From Desulfobacterales bacterium (GTDB lineage Bacteria; Desulfobacterota; Desulfobacteria; Desulfobacterales; UBA5852): DNA of 64,000 bases. The stretch is from NCBI GenBank assembly GCA_963674755.2, contig CAXXVS010000003.1, positions 1,952,001 to 2,016,000 on the forward strand, read 5' to 3'. This document shows positions 60,159 through 64,000 of the stretch, in pieces; the stretch's first letter is position 1; the number at the start of each line of letters is the position of its first letter. The position numbers and the translations under genes are program-made. The notes below the pieces were generated by a model that saw only the letters and a program-made list of their open reading frames with translations, was not told where the DNA came from and ran no database searches.

Positions 60159-61781
60159 ATGCGGTTTCCGACAACGGTTCTGGTGCTGGCCCTGAGTCTT
60201 TCCCTTTGTTCCGGCATGCTTATGCGCGTAAATGCCGGTGAACCGGCGTCTGTCAGCAGAAGTGACAGCCTGCCGCCGGTCAAGGCGACCCAAGCGACGT
60301 CCCCTGCTATATCAGTCCCGGCGGCGATGGGGTTTTGCTGCGCCAACGGAAAGGTGACGGCCTCCAAGGCGGCGGATTGCGCCGCCCGGAACGGCCGTTT
60401 TTTCACTTCGGCCGTCGCCGCGCAGCAAGCCTGTCAGAAATACGGACAGCCCATGCCGGTGCATCCCACAGGAAAGGTGAACCCCTTGACGAAAAAGCCC
60501 GTTGGCAGCACGCCCAAACCCGTTCCCGGGAAAATCCAACCGATGGCACCCGGCTTGCCGGGAGGTGTCACATCTCAGCCCCCGGCGGCCAACGGTCCTG
60601 ATTTGCGGACCACCGGTTGGCAGTGGTCGGCCTCCCCCAGGGTAGGCGCCCCCATCGGTACGGGGGCTATCCTGACGTTCACGATCACCAACCAGGGAAC
60701 CCAGTCGGCGCCGGCCAACCGGATTGCCATCGGCGTTGAATCGGCACCGGACGGCGCACCGGCCGCCGAGCTTGCGGCCGTATTTGAATGCCCCCCACTG
60801 GCACCGGGGAAGTCCATGTCTTTCGCATGGCCGTCGGCGTCCGGGGACACATGGCAAAAGGGGATCTATCGCTTTTCGTTTGCGATCGACAAAGACAATG
60901 CGATCGCCGAATCGAACGAACTAAACAATCAACGCATCTTTACGGTCGAGCCGAAAGCACTGGCCGTGGTGAACCCGGCGATTCAGGTGCAGGGTGGTGT
61001 ATCCCAGGTGGGCCTTCCCGACCTGGCGATCGTGTCGGCGCCGGACTGGCCGCAAAAAATCGTGCTGGCGGACCTCGGGGAGAAGGTGACCTTTCGGGCC
61101 AAGGTGACCAACACCGGCATAGTGGCCTCTTCGCCCACCACGGTGCGGCTCTCCCGGGTCAATCCCCAGAACAACGCTACCGCTTCGATGGGACAGGTGC
61201 CCCTGCCGTCGCTCGCCGTCGGCGCGAGCGTGGTCGTTCAGATCGAGGGGGCGCTGCCCCCGACCAAAAGAGCAGTGGGGACGCACCACCTGCGCATGGT
61301 GATCGATCCGATGATGGATCTGTTGGAGGTGACGCGGGACAACAATTTTACCGATGTTATCCCGGTGGAGTACATTCTCAAGTCGGACCTGACCCTGTTC
61401 AAGCCGGGCGAGGCCCGGGTTTTCCCGGATCGTATGGTAGCCGTGGATAAACCGGTCAAGATGGTGTTCACGGTGTATAACATGACCCGCGAAAGTTCTT
61501 CGGGGCCGATTACCCTGACCCTGACCTGTCAGGGGCAGCCGGCCGGCGTCGAGAGCTACACTGCGCTCGGGGGCGGCCACGACGGCAGCACCGACGGCTG
61601 CGACGGCCAGGGCCATGGCTGCCATGTCTTCAGCTTCACCCGGACCTGGTCGACTCCCGGGGTAAGACAATGCGAAGTCAGCGTGCGGCACCAGGGAGGT
61701 GCGGAGTACGAAGTCGACCCCGCCAACAATCATGCCGATTTCCGTGTGAATGTGCATCCGGACTGGGCGTCGCCCAATTAG
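60159..61781 (+). CDS. Secreted CARDB (Ig-like) repeat protein with N-terminal Cys module
   Basis: Signal peptide; PDL...N.G...D....I.ES.E.NN repeated about three times; Pro-rich linker. Confidence 0.85.
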   Translation: MRFPTTVLVLALSLSLCSGMLMRVNAGEPASVSRSDSLPPVKATQATSPAISVPAAMGFCCANGKVTASKAADCAARNGRFFTSAVAAQQACQKYGQPMPVHPTGKVNPLTKKPVGSTPKPVPGKIQPMAPGLPGGVTSQPPAANGPDLRTTGWQWSASPRVGAPIGTGAILTFTITNQGTQSAPANRIAIGVESAPDGAPAAELAAVFECPPLAPGKSMSFAWPSASGDTWQKGIYRFSFAIDKDNAIAESNELNNQRIFTVEPKALAVVNPAIQVQGGVSQVGLPDLAIVSAPDWPQKIVLADLGEKVTFRAKVTNTGIVASSPTTVRLSRVNPQNNATASMGQVPLPSLAVGASVVVQIEGALPPTKRAVGTHHLRMVIDPMMDLLEVTRDNNFTDVIPVEYILKSDLTLFKPGEARVFPDRMVAVDKPVKMVFTVYNMTRESSSGPITLTLTCQGQPAGVESYTALGGGHDGSTDGCDGQGHGCHVFSFTRTWSTPGVRQCEVSVRHQGGAEYEVDPANNHADFRVNVHPDWASPN

Positions 61782-61814
61782 ACGGCGCCCGCTGGCAAAG
61801 GACGGCCTGCGGCC

Positions 61815-63383
61815 TCACATGGCCGGATATCCGGTAATGTCCCGGATATGGTTGTAGATAGGCTTCAGCCGACGGTAGAGCTTGCAGTAGACCCTTTCGA
61901 AAAGCGCCCGGTAGAGATCCCGGTTGGCGGGGATGGGCTCGAAGACGTCCGCCACCCGGGTCATGGCCTCTACGGCGCTGTCGAAATCAGAGTGCAGCTT
62001 GAGGCCCACGGCCGCATCGATGGCCGCCCCCAGGGCCGAGGTTTCATAGGTGTGGGGCCGCTCCACGGGCAGGTCGAAGATATCCGCCGTGATCTGCAGG
62101 GCGGCGTCGCTCTGGGCGCCGCCGCCGGAGACCCGGAGCGACGTGATGGGGACCTTGTTGCGTTTCTGCAGCACTAGCATGCCCTCCTTGAGGCCGTAGC
62201 CCAGGCCTTCCAAAATCGCCCGATAGATATGGGCCCGGGTGTGCACGTCGCCGAAGCCGATGATGGCGCCCTTGGCATCCGCATCGGTGTTGATACCCGG
62301 CGACCAGTAGGGCTGCAGGGTCAAGCCCATGGAACCGGGGGGAACGTCCCGGATGAGCTCGTCGAAAAGGGCTTCCGGCGCGATCCCGCGCTCCCGGGCG
62401 ATCTGCTGCTCCCGCAGGCCGAACTCCTTTTTGAACCAGCTCACCATCCAGAACCCGCGATAGACCATGACCTCGGTGTTGTAGGTCCCCGGCAGGGCGC
62501 CGGGGTAGGGCGGCACGAAGGGTTTGATCTCCACGTACTTCGGGTTGGCCGTGTTCACGGTGGCCGTGGTGCCGTAGCTCAGGCAGGCGGTTTCCGGTGA
62601 TCGGCAGCCAACCCCCAGCACTTCGCAGGCCTTGTCCGTGGCCGCGGCGATCACCGGCAGGCCTTCGGGGATACCGGTCTCTTGGGACGCCTGGCGGGTG
62701 ATGTGGCCCAGGAGGCCGCCCGGCGGCACCAGCTCCGGCAGGAGCGAGGGGGCCATGGGAAAGAACTTCCACTTGAGATCCCGCGGTCCGGCCCAGCAAT
62801 GGCGTTTGTAGTCGAAGGGCACATAGCCCACCTGGCTGCCCACGGAATCGCGGTATTCACCGGTCAGACGATAGATCCAGAAGCCCGACAGGAAAAGAAA
62901 CTTGTGGGTTTTTTTCCAGATCTCGGGCTGGTTCTGGCGCAGCCAGTTGGCCTCGCACTCCCGGATAGCCTTCTCCACGACGCCATGCTGACCGAGGGCT
63001 TTCAGGGCTCCGGAGACGAGCGGGGAGAAATTGCGCTCCATCGCCGCCTTGCGCTGGTCGAGCCAGAGAATGGCCGGCCGCAGGGGGGCGCCGTTTTTAT
63101 CCAGATTGACCATGGTGTTGCGCTGGGAGGTGACGGCCACCCCGGCGATGCGGGCGGAATTGACCCCTGCGGTACTGAACAGCTCGCGGGAGGTGGCGGT
63201 GAAATGCTGCCAGTAGAAGTCCGGCTCCTGCTCGGCCCATCCGGGCCGGCGGGAGAAATAGGGCTCGAAGGGTGTTTTGACCATGTGCTGGATCACCCCC
63301 CGGGGATCGATCAGGGCCGCCCGGATGGACTGGGTGCCGGCATCGAACACCAGGATCAGCTCGTCTTGTGCAGCGGCGCTCAT
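61815..63383 (-). CDS. FGGY-family carbohydrate kinase
   Basis: DAGTQSIRA, PGWAEQ, WLDQR, RAILEG, SGGGAQS, ALGAA. Confidence 0.93.
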   Translation of the reverse strand: MSAAAQDELILVFDAGTQSIRAALIDPRGVIQHMVKTPFEPYFSRRPGWAEQEPDFYWQHFTATSRELFSTAGVNSARIAGVAVTSQRNTMVNLDKNGAPLRPAILWLDQRKAAMERNFSPLVSGALKALGQHGVVEKAIRECEANWLRQNQPEIWKKTHKFLFLSGFWIYRLTGEYRDSVGSQVGYVPFDYKRHCWAGPRDLKWKFFPMAPSLLPELVPPGGLLGHITRQASQETGIPEGLPVIAAATDKACEVLGVGCRSPETACLSYGTTATVNTANPKYVEIKPFVPPYPGALPGTYNTEVMVYRGFWMVSWFKKEFGLREQQIARERGIAPEALFDELIRDVPPGSMGLTLQPYWSPGINTDADAKGAIIGFGDVHTRAHIYRAILEGLGYGLKEGMLVLQKRNKVPITSLRVSGGGAQSDAALQITADIFDLPVERPHTYETSALGAAIDAAVGLKLHSDFDSAVEAMTRVADVFEPIPANRDLYRALFERVYCKLYRRLKPIYNHIRDITGYPAM

Positions 63384-64000
63384 GGCAGGCTCCTTTTGCG
63401 GTCCGGGTCCAGGTCGAGCCCCAGTTGGCCGCCCGGGTTCATGATGTCGTGGGGGTCGAAGTGCGTTTTCAAGGCCCGCAGGACCGCCATCTGTTCCTTT
63501 CCCAAATGGGCTTCGATCCAGGGGGCGATCATGCGGCCCACGCCGTGGTGATGGCTTAAGGACCCGCCGTATTGTTGGATCCGGTCGAGGATGCCGGCCT
63601 GGAAGGCGCGGTAGTCGTCCACCTTATCGAAGCGGCCGATGAAAATGAAGTAGAGATTGGTGCCCTGGGGATAGAAATGGGAGGCGTGGGTCATGCAGAT
63701 GGTCTGCGGGCGCGCCTTGATGTAGCGCCGCACGCCCTGGTGCAGGCGGTGCAGGTTGTCCCAGGCCACGGAGGTTTCCAGGGTGTCGATGATGATGTCG
63801 TAATCGTGCAGATCTTCGCGCATGTAGGGCTCGCTGAAACGGGTCTTCTCCCATTTGCGGCTGCCGTAGCCCCCCAGATAGATGGCGCCGTGCCGTTGGG
63901 CGAGCTTGTGGATCTTGCGTTTGACAAGCCGGGTGTAATCCCGGTCACCTTCCACCGTCCCCAGGCACAGGCAGCGCTGCATGGGGCGATAGCCCCGCTT
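63380..64000 (-). CDS. FAD-linked oxidoreductase, alkyl-DHAP-synthase-like (C-terminal part, runs off the window)
   Basis: PYMRE, DTLETS, HASHFY..G.NLYF, SLSHHHGVG, DP.DIMNPG. Confidence 0.85.
   Translation of the reverse strand, partial: KRGYRPMQRCLCLGTVEGDRDYTRLVKRKIHKLAQRHGAIYLGGYGSRKWEKTRFSEPYMREDLHDYDIIIDTLETSVAWDNLHRLHQGVRRYIKARPQTICMTHASHFYPQGTNLYFIFIGRFDKVDDYRAFQAGILDRIQQYGGSLSHHHGVGRMIAPWIEAHLGKEQMAVLRALKTHFDPHDIMNPGGQLGLDLDPDRKRSLP

Overview
GC-rich window from an anaerobic Desulfobacterota-like (probably Desulfobacterales) chromosome; the taxon is inferred from gene content only. It has four blocks. (1) 0.4-17.5 kb, housekeeping: acyl-CoA ligase, B12-binding radical SAM, fhs, heterodimeric ABC exporter, RNB nuclease, two DMT transporters and an MhqR-like MarR/WrbA unit. 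(2) 17.9-39.8 kb, about 22 kb of beta-oxidation genes: a sigma54 operon ending in a non-decarboxylating-type glutaryl-CoA dehydrogenase, and a divergent TetR-linked locus with an LvaA/LvaC-like kinase plus acyl-CoA dehydrogenase, ETF and SDRs. (3) 40.1-53.4 kb, a group II-type Mo-nitrogenase cluster (nifA-like, nifH I1 I2 D K E N B, fdx) followed by an unexplained HEPN-like / small beta-rich / GNAT trio. (4) 53.8-64 kb, an accessory patch: DsbA-like protein, Cys-tipped methyltransferase, orphan PAS kinase, a solitary type I-E CRISPR leader plus one repeat next to a PIN-toxin remnant, a 55-aa Zn-ribbon ORF missing from the ORF track, a CARDB surface protein, an FGGY kinase and a partial alkyl-DHAP-synthase-like gene. 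Intergenic DNA holds several families of long covarying palindromic repeats (ERIC-like/MITE-like) with short hairpins nested inside them; four sit within the nif transcript. All calls come from reading motifs by eye; no searches were run.
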